This document shows positions 19,097-28,141 of a stretch of 32,000 nt of DNA, piece by piece. The stretch spans positions 192,279 to 224,278 of the forward strand of contig NZ_CAJZCE010000001.1 in assembly GCF_914768025.1 (NCBI RefSeq). The letters run 5' to 3'. Origin of the DNA: Snodgrassella gandavensis (GTDB taxonomy: Bacteria > Pseudomonadota > Gammaproteobacteria > Burkholderiales > Neisseriaceae). The translations under genes were made by a program, and so were the position numbers. Each line of letters starts with the position of its first letter. The stretch's first letter is position 1. The notes beneath the pieces were generated by a model. That model was not told the DNA's origin, did no database searches, and was given only the letters and a program-made list of their open reading frames with translations.

Positions 19097-20149
19097 ATGA
19101 GTCAAGCCAACAAAAAATTAACCAAGCGCCAGATACGAGATGGTGTGGCCAACAAAAGCAGTAAGCCTACTGCCAGCAGACATACTGCCGGTAAAGCTAA
19201 ATTTGCGTTTAAACGCCAAAATGAATCCACCGTACGGTCTGCGGCCTCACAGCCTGAGGCGCAGGGTGGCACTAAAGTAAAAGTTCAGCGCGCCAAAAAA
19301 CTGGTTCAGCGTACTCCAAATCAGGAGATTTTACAGCGTGCTCGGGTACTGAAAGAACAGCGTATCAATCTGGAAAAAATGGAACCAGTGCGCCTACAAA
19401 AAGCACTTGCTGCTTCTGGTGTGGGCTCCCGGCGTGAAATGGAACAGTGGATTAGTCAGGGAATGGTGCGGGTTAATGGTAAAGTGGCTCAATTAGGAGA
19501 CAGAATTACCCCAGACGATGAAGTTAGTGTGCGCGGTTCGGCCATTAACATCAAATGGCCTGATCGCTTGCCACGTATTATGGTGTATTACAAACAGGAA
19601 GGTGAAATTGTCAGTCGCGATGACCCTCAGGGGCGTGTCAGTATCTTTGACCGGCTGCCGCAAACTGCCAGCAGCCGCTGGGTAGCGATTGGTCGTCTGG
19701 ATATCAATACATGCGGCTTGTTGATACTGACCACCTCCGGCGAACTGGTAAACCGCTTCGCACACCCCAGTTTCGAAGTAGAACGAGAGTATGCTGTGCG
19801 TGTTCTCGGTGAGCTGAGTGATGAACAAAAGCAAAGCCTGCTCAATGGGGTCGAACTGGAGGATGGTATCGCCAAAGCTCAGCATTTGTGGGAACAGGGT
19901 GGCGAGGGAGCCAACAGATGGTACAACATTATCATTAAAGAAGGCCGCAACCGTGAAGTAAGACGTCTGTTTGAAAGTCAGGGGCTGACTGTGAGCCGTC
20001 TGGTTAGGGTACGCTTCGGACCGATTGCACTACCTAAAAGGCTGAAACGTGGCCAGTATTATGAATTTAATGAGTTTGAAGTAGCCAATATCATGAAATG
20101 GGCTGGTCTGTATCAATCCGATTCTGCAAGAAAAAAGATAAGTAGATAG
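19097..20149 (+). CDS. rluB: 23S rRNA pseudouridine synthase, RluB type, with a long basic N-terminal extension
   Basis: S4 domain RLQKALAASGVGSRREMEQWISQGMVRVNG and catalytic-Asp motif GRLDINTCGLLILT. A strong RBS (AGGAG) lies 7 nt before ATG 19097. Alternative internal start ATG 19379 (MEPVRLQK..) would remove the extension. Confidence 0.8.
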   Translation: MSQANKKLTKRQIRDGVANKSSKPTASRHTAGKAKFAFKRQNESTVRSAASQPEAQGGTKVKVQRAKKLVQRTPNQEILQRARVLKEQRINLEKMEPVRLQKALAASGVGSRREMEQWISQGMVRVNGKVAQLGDRITPDDEVSVRGSAINIKWPDRLPRIMVYYKQEGEIVSRDDPQGRVSIFDRLPQTASSRWVAIGRLDINTCGLLILTTSGELVNRFAHPSFEVEREYAVRVLGELSDEQKQSLLNGVELEDGIAKAQHLWEQGGEGANRWYNIIIKEGRNREVRRLFESQGLTVSRLVRVRFGPIALPKRLKRGQYYEFNEFEVANIMKWAGLYQSDSARKKISR

Positions 20150-20236
20150 CCTGCAATTTATTTAAACAAATACCCTAGTATATGTTATCTCCGATTAATC
20201 AATGTAGTAAAATCTTTACATTAAATTTTGGTTTTG

Positions 20237-20250
20237 TTGATTTATATCAA
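20237..20250. promoter_or_regulatory. Perfect FNR/CRP-family consensus box TTGAT-N4-ATCAA
   Basis: The sequence is TTGATTTATATCAA, and the palindrome arms extend to 8 bp (TTGTTGAT 20234-20241 / ATCAACAA 20246-20253). It lies 131 bp upstream of the PAS gene ATG. Confidence 0.6.
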
Positions 20251-20269
20251 CAAAAAGTGTAGTTTTATG

Positions 20270-20275
20270 CATAAT
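20270..20275 (+). promoter_or_regulatory. Candidate -10 hexamer CATAAT downstream of the FNR box
   Basis: 19 bp separate the FNR box end from the hexamer. That places the box centre near -39 to -41 of a predicted start site (class II-like geometry). This is a prediction only. Confidence 0.35.
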
Positions 20276-20380
20276 TTGATTAAATACTTTGTATTCTTTT
20301 GCTAATCGGCGCAATATATACTCAAAATCGACTTTTGTATTGTTTGCCTAGTTGTCCACATTCAAGAAAATGGAGTCATA

Positions 20381-20872
20381 ATGATTTCACCAATGCAGGT
20401 GCCTGAAATTGAGCACCGTACATTTGAATTGACACATTACGATGGGGTAACACGCACCGTATATTGTACTGATGTAGAAACAGAGTTTCCTGATGGCTGT
20501 CTGATTACCTCAACGACAGATCTGAAGGGCATTATCACACATGCTAATGAAGTATTTGTGCATATGAGCGGGTGGTCACGTAGTGAGTTGATGGGTGCAG
20601 AGCATTACATTCTACGCCATCCTGATATGCCGAAAGTGGCTTATAAGGATTTATGGGATACCGTGCAACAGGGCAAAAAATGGCACGGCTATGTCAAAAA
20701 TCTGCGCAAGGATGGCGGCTTTTATTGGGTATATGCCACTATTGTTCCCAATATTCGTGATGGTGTTATTCAGGGTTATACTTCAGTGCGGCGTAAGCCA
20801 TCACGTAGCAAAGTATTGGAAATGCAGAGTCTCTATGAGGGGTTAATGAAAGAGGAACGGGGTAATTCATGA
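20381..20872 (+). CDS. Stand-alone Aer-type (flavin-binding type) PAS domain protein
   Basis: 163 aa. TDLKGIITHANEVFVHMSGWSRSELMGAEHYILRHPDMPKVAYKDLWDTVQQGKKWHGYVKNLRKDGGFYWV closely parallels the PAS-FAD domain of E. coli Aer (..NMVRHPDMPKAAFADMW..KKGEPWSGIVKNRRKNGDHYWV..). No output domain is present. RBS is GGAG. Confidence 0.8.
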   Translation: MISPMQVPEIEHRTFELTHYDGVTRTVYCTDVETEFPDGCLITSTTDLKGIITHANEVFVHMSGWSRSELMGAEHYILRHPDMPKVAYKDLWDTVQQGKKWHGYVKNLRKDGGFYWVYATIVPNIRDGVIQGYTSVRRKPSRSKVLEMQSLYEGLMKEERGNS

Positions 20873-21618
20873 CTATTAATTTTCTGATTGCACCAGATTT
20901 TCCCCCCAAATATTATGCAGGCTGGCATTTTCTCAACACCCGTCTGCAACGGTTGATAGATGCACCTGTGCATTTGTTTATGCCCAGCAATACAGAAGAA
21001 GAACATCAGGAAATTGACAATGATAATGTTGACATCATCTATGCTAATCCATTTAATGCTTCCAAGCTGATTCGCGAGTTAGGCTACTTGCCTGTAGTAC
21101 GTCCAGTAAACCGTTTCGATGAAATGGTAATTGCCAGCGCTGCAGAAAGTGAAATTAAATCAATTCAAGACATCAAGCCCGGCATGTCGATTCTGTGTAC
21201 AGAAAATTATGATGTTAAGCTCATTGCCTTGCGCTTAATGGAAGCAGTCGATATAGATGAACAAGACCTGACATGGATTAAAAGTGAATCATTCCCGGCA
21301 GTGGCTCGCGGACTCATTCAGCATGAGGGTGATATTGGTTTGTTTATGTCATCTGCCTACCATAAATTAACTCCAATCACCTTGAGCCGTTTGAATTTGT
21401 TGATTGAAAGTAAAATCAATGATTTATATCATATGATTTTACTGCATCCCCGTAATGCCGGTATGCTGGAAACATTACAGCATGCATTCAGTTCCATGCA
21501 TGAAACGCCTGCTGGCGCAATGCTACTGGAAGATTTAGGCCTGAATGACGGGTTTGCTGTATTGAAGAAAGAAGAAGCTGAATTGCTGATTGACCTGATT
21601 GAAACATTACGCGATTAA
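20869..21618 (+). CDS. PhnD/phosphonate-type substrate-binding-fold protein lacking a signal peptide
   Basis: 249 aa. The start overlaps the PAS gene stop (ATGA). The pattern INFLIAPDFPP...PVHLFMPSN...VDIIYANPFNASKLIRELGYLPVVRP resembles periplasmic phosphonate-binding-like domains. The N-terminus is not hydrophobic or basic, and the ORF cannot be extended upstream. Confidence 0.6.
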   Translation: MTINFLIAPDFPPKYYAGWHFLNTRLQRLIDAPVHLFMPSNTEEEHQEIDNDNVDIIYANPFNASKLIRELGYLPVVRPVNRFDEMVIASAAESEIKSIQDIKPGMSILCTENYDVKLIALRLMEAVDIDEQDLTWIKSESFPAVARGLIQHEGDIGLFMSSAYHKLTPITLSRLNLLIESKINDLYHMILLHPRNAGMLETLQHAFSSMHETPAGAMLLEDLGLNDGFAVLKKEEAELLIDLIETLRD

Positions 21619-21651
21619 ACCTGTCGCAACCATTTTTATTTTATAATTGAA

Positions 21652-21690
21652 AACGCAACTTGTTGATGAAAACAGGTTGCGTTATTTTTT
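21652..21690 (+). terminator. Rho-independent terminator after the PAS/binding-protein pair
   Basis: 13-bp stem AACGCAACTTGTT / AACAGGTTGCGTT (one G-U pair), 6-nt loop, then ATTTTTT. Confidence 0.8.
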
Positions 21691-21740
21691 ATAGTTGAGT
21701 AATGGTTATTTGTGTGAGTCAGGCTAGTTTGCAAGCAAAA

Positions 21741-22724
21741 ATGAATTCGCCCAGGTTATTTTTGGCACCCATGCAGGGGTTGATTGATGCACCCATGCGC
21801 GATTTGTTAACCCGTATCGGCGGCTTTGATGTTTGTGTCACTGAATTTGTCCGTATTACTCATACCGTACATGGGCGTTCTATATGGCTAAAATACATGC
21901 CAGAACTGGCACATACTAATCAGACTCATGCTGGTACTGCCGTAGTAGTACAAATATTGGGCAGCCATGCCGAAAATATGGCTCAGAACGCCCAAAAAGT
22001 GGTTGAACTGGGTGCTACGCATATTGATTTAAATTTTGGCTGTCCAGCACCTACTGTTAACCAGCATCAGGGTGGGGCAATCCTTTTACAATATCCTGAG
22101 AAAATAGAACAGATAGTGGCTACTGTGCGCAGGAATTTGCCTGCTGAAATCATGCTTAGTGCCAAAATGCGTCTGGGTTATGAAAATAAAGATTTGGCAC
22201 TGGCCTGTGCCCAAGCTATAGAACAGGGTGGAGCAGGAGAGCTTACCGTTCATGCGCGTACCAAAACCGAAGGATACCGGCCGCCTGCGCACTGGGAATG
22301 GATTGCTCGTATCAGGCAGGCTGTTAACATTCCTGTTATTGCAAATGGCGATGTATTCACGCTGGCCGATTATCAGCAAATTCGTTCTGTCAGTGGCTGT
22401 AAGGATGTGATGCTGGGGCGTGGTGCCGTTCAGCGGCCTGATTTAGCCCGACAAATTGCCGCTTATAATCAGGGAAAAATAATTCCTTCTTTGTCATGGC
22501 CAGAAATTTTGCCGTGGATTAATGATTTTTTTGACTGTTGTTGTAGTAAAACTGCCGCCAATGCTAACTATCCGGTAGTAAGGTTAAAGCAGTGGCTGGC
22601 AATGCTAAAATTAACCTATCCGGAAGCCGGGCAGTTATTTACTCAGTTACGTACTCTGACTACCATTGCAGATATCAGCCAGATTCTTAGTCAACAGCAA
22701 ACAGAAAGCCAGATTACTGGATGA
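21741..22724 (+). CDS. dusC: tRNA-dihydrouridine synthase C
   Basis: Collinear similarity to E. coli DusC (LAPMQGL.., TEFVR.., LNFGCPAPTVN, HARTK.EGY, IPVIANGD, MLGRGA, RLKQWL). I prefer ATG 21741 (MNSPRLFLAPMQG) over the track's 21702. Confidence 0.85.
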   Translation: MNSPRLFLAPMQGLIDAPMRDLLTRIGGFDVCVTEFVRITHTVHGRSIWLKYMPELAHTNQTHAGTAVVVQILGSHAENMAQNAQKVVELGATHIDLNFGCPAPTVNQHQGGAILLQYPEKIEQIVATVRRNLPAEIMLSAKMRLGYENKDLALACAQAIEQGGAGELTVHARTKTEGYRPPAHWEWIARIRQAVNIPVIANGDVFTLADYQQIRSVSGCKDVMLGRGAVQRPDLARQIAAYNQGKIIPSLSWPEILPWINDFFDCCCSKTAANANYPVVRLKQWLAMLKLTYPEAGQLFTQLRTLTTIADISQILSQQQTESQITG

Positions 22725-23515
22725 AACACAAAATTATTCAATCTGCCAGCAATAGTGAGCTGAAACATTTAGCCCGTTTAATTGCTCAATCAAACTACCG
22801 CCGTCAGCATCAGCTCGCCGTTCTGGAAGGAATACACCTTATTCAGACATTCATACAGGCAGAGCATTCAATTCAAACGCTGTATGTACCGCAACTACGC
22901 GAACATGACCATGAAATAGCTGCCTTAATAGCAAAAATGCCGTTGCAGAAAGTGGTACTGGTTGCTGATAATCTATTGGACAAAATCAGCGATTTAGTCA
23001 GTTCAAGAGAACCTGTTGCAATAGTGCAGTTACCAGAAAATATTCCTGCAACAGAAATTCAGGATGCCGTACTGTTAGAGCGGGTACAGGACCCCGGCAA
23101 TGTTGGTACGATTTTACGCAGTGCACTGGCTGCCGGTATTGATAATATTGTCCTGAGCAAAGACAGTGTTGATGTCTGGTCACCCAAAGTATTGCGTGCA
23201 GCAATGGGTGCGCACGCTTATCTGAATATTCAAACTGTTACTGATTTGGCTGCTTGGTGCGCAGATTACACTTGGCCATTGTATGCTACAGCATTAAGCA
23301 CATCGGCCAAAAATCTCTATACATTGAATCTGACTCAGCCTGCCGGCTGGCTGTTTGGTAATGAAGGTAGTGGTTTGAGTGCAAAAATACTACAAACGGC
23401 ATCCAGACATGTGATAATTCCGATGAGCGGACAAACAGAATCACTCAATGTAGCCATGGCTGCAACTGTCTGTTTATTTGAACAACAGCGACAGCGGCAA
23501 CAGGCTGGATACTAA
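22721..23515 (+). CDS. TrmH/SpoU-family RNA 2'-O-methyltransferase
   Basis: 264 aa with SpoU motifs VQDPGNVGTILRSA, GNEGSGLS and IPM.GQTESLNVAMAATVCLFE. There is an ATGA overlap with dusC. Confidence 0.8.
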   Translation: MKHKIIQSASNSELKHLARLIAQSNYRRQHQLAVLEGIHLIQTFIQAEHSIQTLYVPQLREHDHEIAALIAKMPLQKVVLVADNLLDKISDLVSSREPVAIVQLPENIPATEIQDAVLLERVQDPGNVGTILRSALAAGIDNIVLSKDSVDVWSPKVLRAAMGAHAYLNIQTVTDLAAWCADYTWPLYATALSTSAKNLYTLNLTQPAGWLFGNEGSGLSAKILQTASRHVIIPMSGQTESLNVAMAATVCLFEQQRQRQQAGY

Positions 23516-23663
23516 ATAATTAATATTTTTTATTAAGCTGGTTGTTTTGGTTGTCTTTAAACCTGAAATAAGGTGTTATCACAGGCAAACACGGCGGACA
23601 AACGGCCAGTTTGGTGTTATCCTGCAAATCTTCCAGAATGTGGATATATAAGACATTTCGAGC

Positions 23664-25247
23664 ATGAATAAACGAATTGTAACAATCATCGCTGCCATTT
23701 TGGCAGTTATACTGCTTATTGCACTGGCTTTGCCTTATTATTTAGGAGCTAAAGCTCAGCAAAGTCTGGATCAACAACGCGCTTTGCTGGCCAAAAGTCC
23801 TTTTCTAGTGATTGATAAACAGAGCTATCAACGTGGTTGGTTTACTTCTACAGAAACCATGCAGATACGCTTTAAGCCAAGTTTCTTTGCCGGAGTGCAA
23901 CAGCAGTTACCCGATAATGTGCGTACAGTACTGCAACAGCCAATTACTCTGGTTAATCATGTACACCATGGTTTATTTGCAGGCAGTATTCGCCCAGTAC
24001 GTGCACATGTGGAAACTGAATTGCGCTTCACACCGCAAGCTGAGCAGATTCTGGCGCGTTTTTTCGGGCAGGAAGCACCAGTCAAACTGGAAAATACGAT
24101 TAATCTGGGAGGCAGCGGGCAAATGCACGTTGTGATACCAAAATTCAACTACGAAGAATTGTCTGGTATCAAAATCAACTGGCAGGGGCTGGAATCAACA
24201 ATTGATTATGCAGAAGACTTTAATAGTTATGACAGCCATACCGTCAGCCCCGGTCTGGATATGGTTCTTGCCAGCAAAGGACGTGCTTCCTATCAGGATT
24301 TGCAGCTTAATAGCCATACTGAACACGGTAAAACCTCACTCGCTTTAGGTAACAGCGATTTGCGTATCAAGGCCATTACTTTTACGTGGAACGATACCAC
24401 AGACAATACTATTCGTCTGGATCAACTGGTTAATTTGGTAACCAACTTACAGATTGGTGCTTTCATCAGCCCGGCTGGTAGCAGCATGCCTACCAAAATT
24501 ATCATTCAGGATTTGAAACTGGCTACCTCTACTGAGGAAAAGGATCAATGGATTAATAGTAATGGTAAATTTGGCTTTGCCAAATTGCAGTATGGTAATG
24601 ATATTTATGGTCCGCTGGATATCGATGCTTCGGCTGAGCATCTGGATGCGGCCAGTCTGGTAGCAATTAATAATAAAATTACCCAGCTTTCAAGCCAGAA
24701 TCTGAATAATGAGCAGCTACGCGCGGCAATAGTAGAGGCAGTACGCAATGAAGGACTGGGTTTGTTCACTCATAACCCACTTCTCAAACTCAACAGTTTT
24801 AAACTGCAAATGCCACAGGGACTGATTGATATACATGGTAATTTGGGTTTCAAAAATCTGCTTGCTTCCGATATGCAGCAACTGGGGCTAATGCTGAATA
24901 AAACCGAAGCGGAAATGGATTTCGCTATTCCTCAGGCCATTATGGAAAATTTTGCCATCAGTCAGGCTCGGGCGCTGTTTACGGTGGATGCCAGTGCCGG
25001 CGGTGCTGAAGCTCTGGAAGATATTGACCAGACAATTCGTCTGATGATTGATAGTGCGATTAAATCCATGCAGGCACGTGGTTACATACAGGTGACTAAT
25101 GGGATGGTGAAAACACATCTTAAATTAATCAATGGTAAAGTTTATCTGAATGGCAAAATATGGAATATTGAACCTGAATCAGAGAATGAACCTGATTATG
25201 CTGAATTGCCAGCAGCTTCAGCACCAGAAGCTGCCAATACTCACTAA
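23664..25247 (+). CDS. YdgA-like (DUF945) membrane-anchored protein
   Basis: 527 aa with a single N-terminal TM anchor (IVTIIAAILAVILLIALAL) and a large soluble domain. Size and N-terminal pattern resemble E. coli YdgA. The family call is from memory only. Confidence 0.5.
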   Translation: MNKRIVTIIAAILAVILLIALALPYYLGAKAQQSLDQQRALLAKSPFLVIDKQSYQRGWFTSTETMQIRFKPSFFAGVQQQLPDNVRTVLQQPITLVNHVHHGLFAGSIRPVRAHVETELRFTPQAEQILARFFGQEAPVKLENTINLGGSGQMHVVIPKFNYEELSGIKINWQGLESTIDYAEDFNSYDSHTVSPGLDMVLASKGRASYQDLQLNSHTEHGKTSLALGNSDLRIKAITFTWNDTTDNTIRLDQLVNLVTNLQIGAFISPAGSSMPTKIIIQDLKLATSTEEKDQWINSNGKFGFAKLQYGNDIYGPLDIDASAEHLDAASLVAINNKITQLSSQNLNNEQLRAAIVEAVRNEGLGLFTHNPLLKLNSFKLQMPQGLIDIHGNLGFKNLLASDMQQLGLMLNKTEAEMDFAIPQAIMENFAISQARALFTVDASAGGAEALEDIDQTIRLMIDSAIKSMQARGYIQVTNGMVKTHLKLINGKVYLNGKIWNIEPESENEPDYAELPAASAPEAANTH

Positions 25248-25262
25248 GCAGTAATGAAATTA

Positions 25263-25300
25263 TAAAACCCTCTTAATCAATTGGCTAAGAGGGTTTTATA
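25263..25300. terminator. Bidirectional hairpin between convergent ydgA-like gene and mutL
   Basis: Perfect 14-bp stem ATAAAACCCTCTTA (25263-25276) / TAAGAGGGTTTTAT (25287-25300) with a 10-nt loop. The flanks are A/T-rich on both sides. Confidence 0.7.
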
Positions 25301-25375
25301 ATAAATACTTTATAATAAATATCAAGTCAGTGAATACTACTGGTCAGCATAGCTTCACTAAACACTGGCAAAATA

Positions 25376-27304
25376 TTACTGTCCGCGTAAAAAGAGGCCG
25401 TCCAAATCCTGCAAACGTAATTTTATCCATGTAGGACGGCCATGATTACATTGATTTGCCCGTTCAGTCTGTTCCATATCCCGTAGCAAAGCATTCATTT
25501 CCGGCAGCGTTAATTTACGGCCGGCACGCACTGAACCATGGCAGGCTAAAGTAGACAGAATACGATTTTCACGTTCCCGGATTACATCACTACTGCCAAT
25601 GGTCATCAAATCAGCCAGTACCTGCTGTACCAGTTGCTGAATATCACTTTTGACCAGCATCGCTGGTACCGTATGAACTAGCAGTTGCTGATTGTTTTCA
25701 ATGGTAATATCCAAACCATAATCATGCAGGGTGGCCGCATATTCGGTTACCGCAGCAATTTCCTCATGGCTGGCAGTAAAGCGGACAGGAATCAGCAATG
25801 TCTGACTGCTCACCTTGCCATTAGCGTCGCGTTGTTGCTTCATTTTTTCATAATTTACCCGCTCGGCAGTGGCGTGCATGTCCACCAGAATTAATGCTTC
25901 TTCAGCCTGTGCCAGAATATAAATATCCAGTAGCTGTGCAATGGCGTAGCCTAGCGGTGGCGCATTTGTTTCATTTGCTGATATCTGTACCGGTGCTTGC
26001 GCAGCAGAAATACCCCGCACCTGTTCCCAGCTAGCCAGTTCACTATCGGTTTTTTCAGCATCAGCAGTAGCAACCTTGTCTGCCACTGATGCTGTTTCTG
26101 CCCTATACAGTTCGGCATAAGTATTCAGGGCTGCTTGGGATTCTTTTAAACTTAGACTGCGCTGTACTGGTGTATGGCTGCGGTGATAGGGTGCCGGTGC
26201 CTGCTTTGAGCCAGTCGCTTCTGGCGCAGAAAATAGTTGCTGCACACTGGCTGGTTGTTTGTGCATGATATCTGCCAGTACTACGGCTGGCTGAGAAATC
26301 GATTCAGTTTGAGTAGCATTGGTGGCAGCCAGACATTTATTCAAAGCATGAAAAATCAACTGGTGCACAGCCTGACTCTGCCGAAAACGCACTTCGGTTT
26401 TGGTTGGGTGCACATTCGCATCGACATCCGTTGGCGGCAGCGTAAGAAAAAGCGCAAATGCCGGTGTTAATGCTTGATGTAAAACATCGTTATAAGCCTG
26501 TTTTACTGCATGTAAAATGATTTTGTCACGCACAAAACGCTGATTGACAAAAATGTATTGTTGGCTGGTTTTCCCTTGGGTAAAAGTTGGTTTGCCAATC
26601 AGACCATGTAAACGCATCCCATTTATTGTTTCATCCACACTCAGGCTGGCTGCGGTAAACTCAGCCCCCATAATCGCGGTGCAACGCTCCGAAAGGGATT
26701 GTGCCGGCAGCGTGAATATATTTTTGTCGTTGTGCTGTAATTCAAAAGCTACATCAGGATGTGCCAGTGCCAGACGCTCTACCATGGTGCGGCAGTGAGC
26801 AAATTCTGTACTTGTAGATTTAAGAAACTGGCGTCTGGCCGGTGTATTGAAAAAAAGCTCAACAACTTCTACCGTGGTGCCTAATGCGTGTGCTGCCGGC
26901 TTGACGGGGCTTAGTTTGCCGTCTTCTGCATAAATCTGGGTGGCATGAGTAGCAGTAGCGGTGCGGCTGGTTAAGGTTAGGCGGCTGACTGAAGCAATAC
27001 TGGCCAGCCCCTCACCGCGAAACCCCATACTTACTACTTTTTCCAGATCTTCCAGTGTGCTGATTTTGCTGGTGGCATGGCGATGCAAGGCAAGTGGTAC
27101 GTCTGTTTCACTCATGCCCTGTCCGTCATCAGTCACAGACAAGCGTTTGATACCACCCGCTTCCAACTGAATATCAATACGGCTGGCTCTGGCATCGAGA
27201 CTGTTCTCTATAATTTCTTTAAGCGCATTGGCCGGACGCTCAATCACCTCTCCGGCAGCTATTTGGTTAACTAAATGATCGGGTAACAGATGTATCTGGC
27301 TCAT
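25376..27304 (-). CDS. mutL: DNA mismatch repair endonuclease MutL
   Basis: 642 aa. The N-terminal GHKL ATPase motifs are LPDHLVNQIAAGEVIERPANALKEIIENSLDA, DDGQGM and GFRGEGL. The C-terminal dimerisation region contains CNHGRPT. Confidence 0.95.
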   Translation of the reverse strand: MSQIHLLPDHLVNQIAAGEVIERPANALKEIIENSLDARASRIDIQLEAGGIKRLSVTDDGQGMSETDVPLALHRHATSKISTLEDLEKVVSMGFRGEGLASIASVSRLTLTSRTATATHATQIYAEDGKLSPVKPAAHALGTTVEVVELFFNTPARRQFLKSTSTEFAHCRTMVERLALAHPDVAFELQHNDKNIFTLPAQSLSERCTAIMGAEFTAASLSVDETINGMRLHGLIGKPTFTQGKTSQQYIFVNQRFVRDKIILHAVKQAYNDVLHQALTPAFALFLTLPPTDVDANVHPTKTEVRFRQSQAVHQLIFHALNKCLAATNATQTESISQPAVVLADIMHKQPASVQQLFSAPEATGSKQAPAPYHRSHTPVQRSLSLKESQAALNTYAELYRAETASVADKVATADAEKTDSELASWEQVRGISAAQAPVQISANETNAPPLGYAIAQLLDIYILAQAEEALILVDMHATAERVNYEKMKQQRDANGKVSSQTLLIPVRFTASHEEIAAVTEYAATLHDYGLDITIENNQQLLVHTVPAMLVKSDIQQLVQQVLADLMTIGSSDVIRERENRILSTLACHGSVRAGRKLTLPEMNALLRDMEQTERANQCNHGRPTWIKLRLQDLDGLFLRGQ

Positions 27305-27361
27305 ATCTTGCCTGTAAGTGTTGAAATCAGCCGCAGAATAAAATTAAATATTAATTGCTTT

Positions 27362-28000
27362 TTATGCTGTCTGCCGGTGCCGCAGAATCTCAATAATGGC
27401 CGGTAAGAAAGAAATGGCAATAATTATAACCAGTGCTAGAGAAAGATTCTGCTTAATAAATGGCAGATTACCAAAAAAATAGCCAGCATAGGAAAATAAC
27501 ACTACCCAGAGAATAGCACCAATACAGTTGTAACGCAGAAAATGGCCATAATGCATATGGCTCATACCGGCCACAAAGGGCGCAAATGTTCGTACAATTG
27601 GCACAAAACGCGCAATAATAATGGTTTTTCCACCATGTTTTGCGTAAAACTCCTGCGTTTTGTGTAGATAAACCTGCTTGAATAGCCGAGATTGTGGATT
27701 GGCAAACAGAAGTGCGCCGAATTTCTTTCCAACTGAGAAATTTACCGCATCACCAATAATTGCTGCGGCCAGCAATAGTGCTACCATCAAATGGACATTC
27801 ATCTCGCCAACTGCCGCTATTCCGCCAGCCGCAAATAACAAGGAATCACCCGGCAGAAAAGGCGTAACCACCAACCCAGTTTCGCAAAAAATCAAAACAA
27901 ATAGAATAACATAAATCCATATGCCATATTGGGTAACAATAAATTGCAGGTGCTGGTCAATATGTAAAATGAAATCTATCAGAGTGGAGATGATATTCAT
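27362..28000 (-). CDS. DedA-family inner membrane protein
   Basis: 212 aa with the motifs [22 protein letters not shown] and [23 protein letters not shown], typical of the DedA/YqjA/YghB family. Confidence 0.85.
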   Translation of the reverse strand: MNIISTLIDFILHIDQHLQFIVTQYGIWIYVILFVLIFCETGLVVTPFLPGDSLLFAAGGIAAVGEMNVHLMVALLLAAAIIGDAVNFSVGKKFGALLFANPQSRLFKQVYLHKTQEFYAKHGGKTIIIARFVPIVRTFAPFVAGMSHMHYGHFLRYNCIGAILWVVLFSYAGYFFGNLPFIKQNLSLALVIIIAISFLPAIIEILRHRQTA

Positions 28001-28141
28001 AAGCCATGGCGAGAGATAAAAGGAAGCATTTTAACGCAAAGCATTCCGTGACAGCAGTTATATGCATGTTAAAATCAAATTTATTACCTTCAGCCCACAA
28101 TTAAGGCTGAAATAGACTAAATTTAATCTACTGAAGATATT

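Noticed and set aside
20201-20222. Inverted repeat AATGTA-N10-TACATT after rluB as a terminator
   Set aside because: The stem is 6 bp and entirely A/T-rich apart from one G-C pair, and no proper U-tract directly follows. That is not convincing as an intrinsic terminator.
28089-28111. Hairpin TTCAGCC-N9-GGCTGAA in the dedA/ettA divergent spacer, superficially DUS-like (CTGAA core)
   Set aside because: The stem is only 7 bp with a 9-nt loop and lacks the CCT of the DUS-like core seen at 17448..17477. It sits in a promoter region rather than a terminator position. It is too weak to call.
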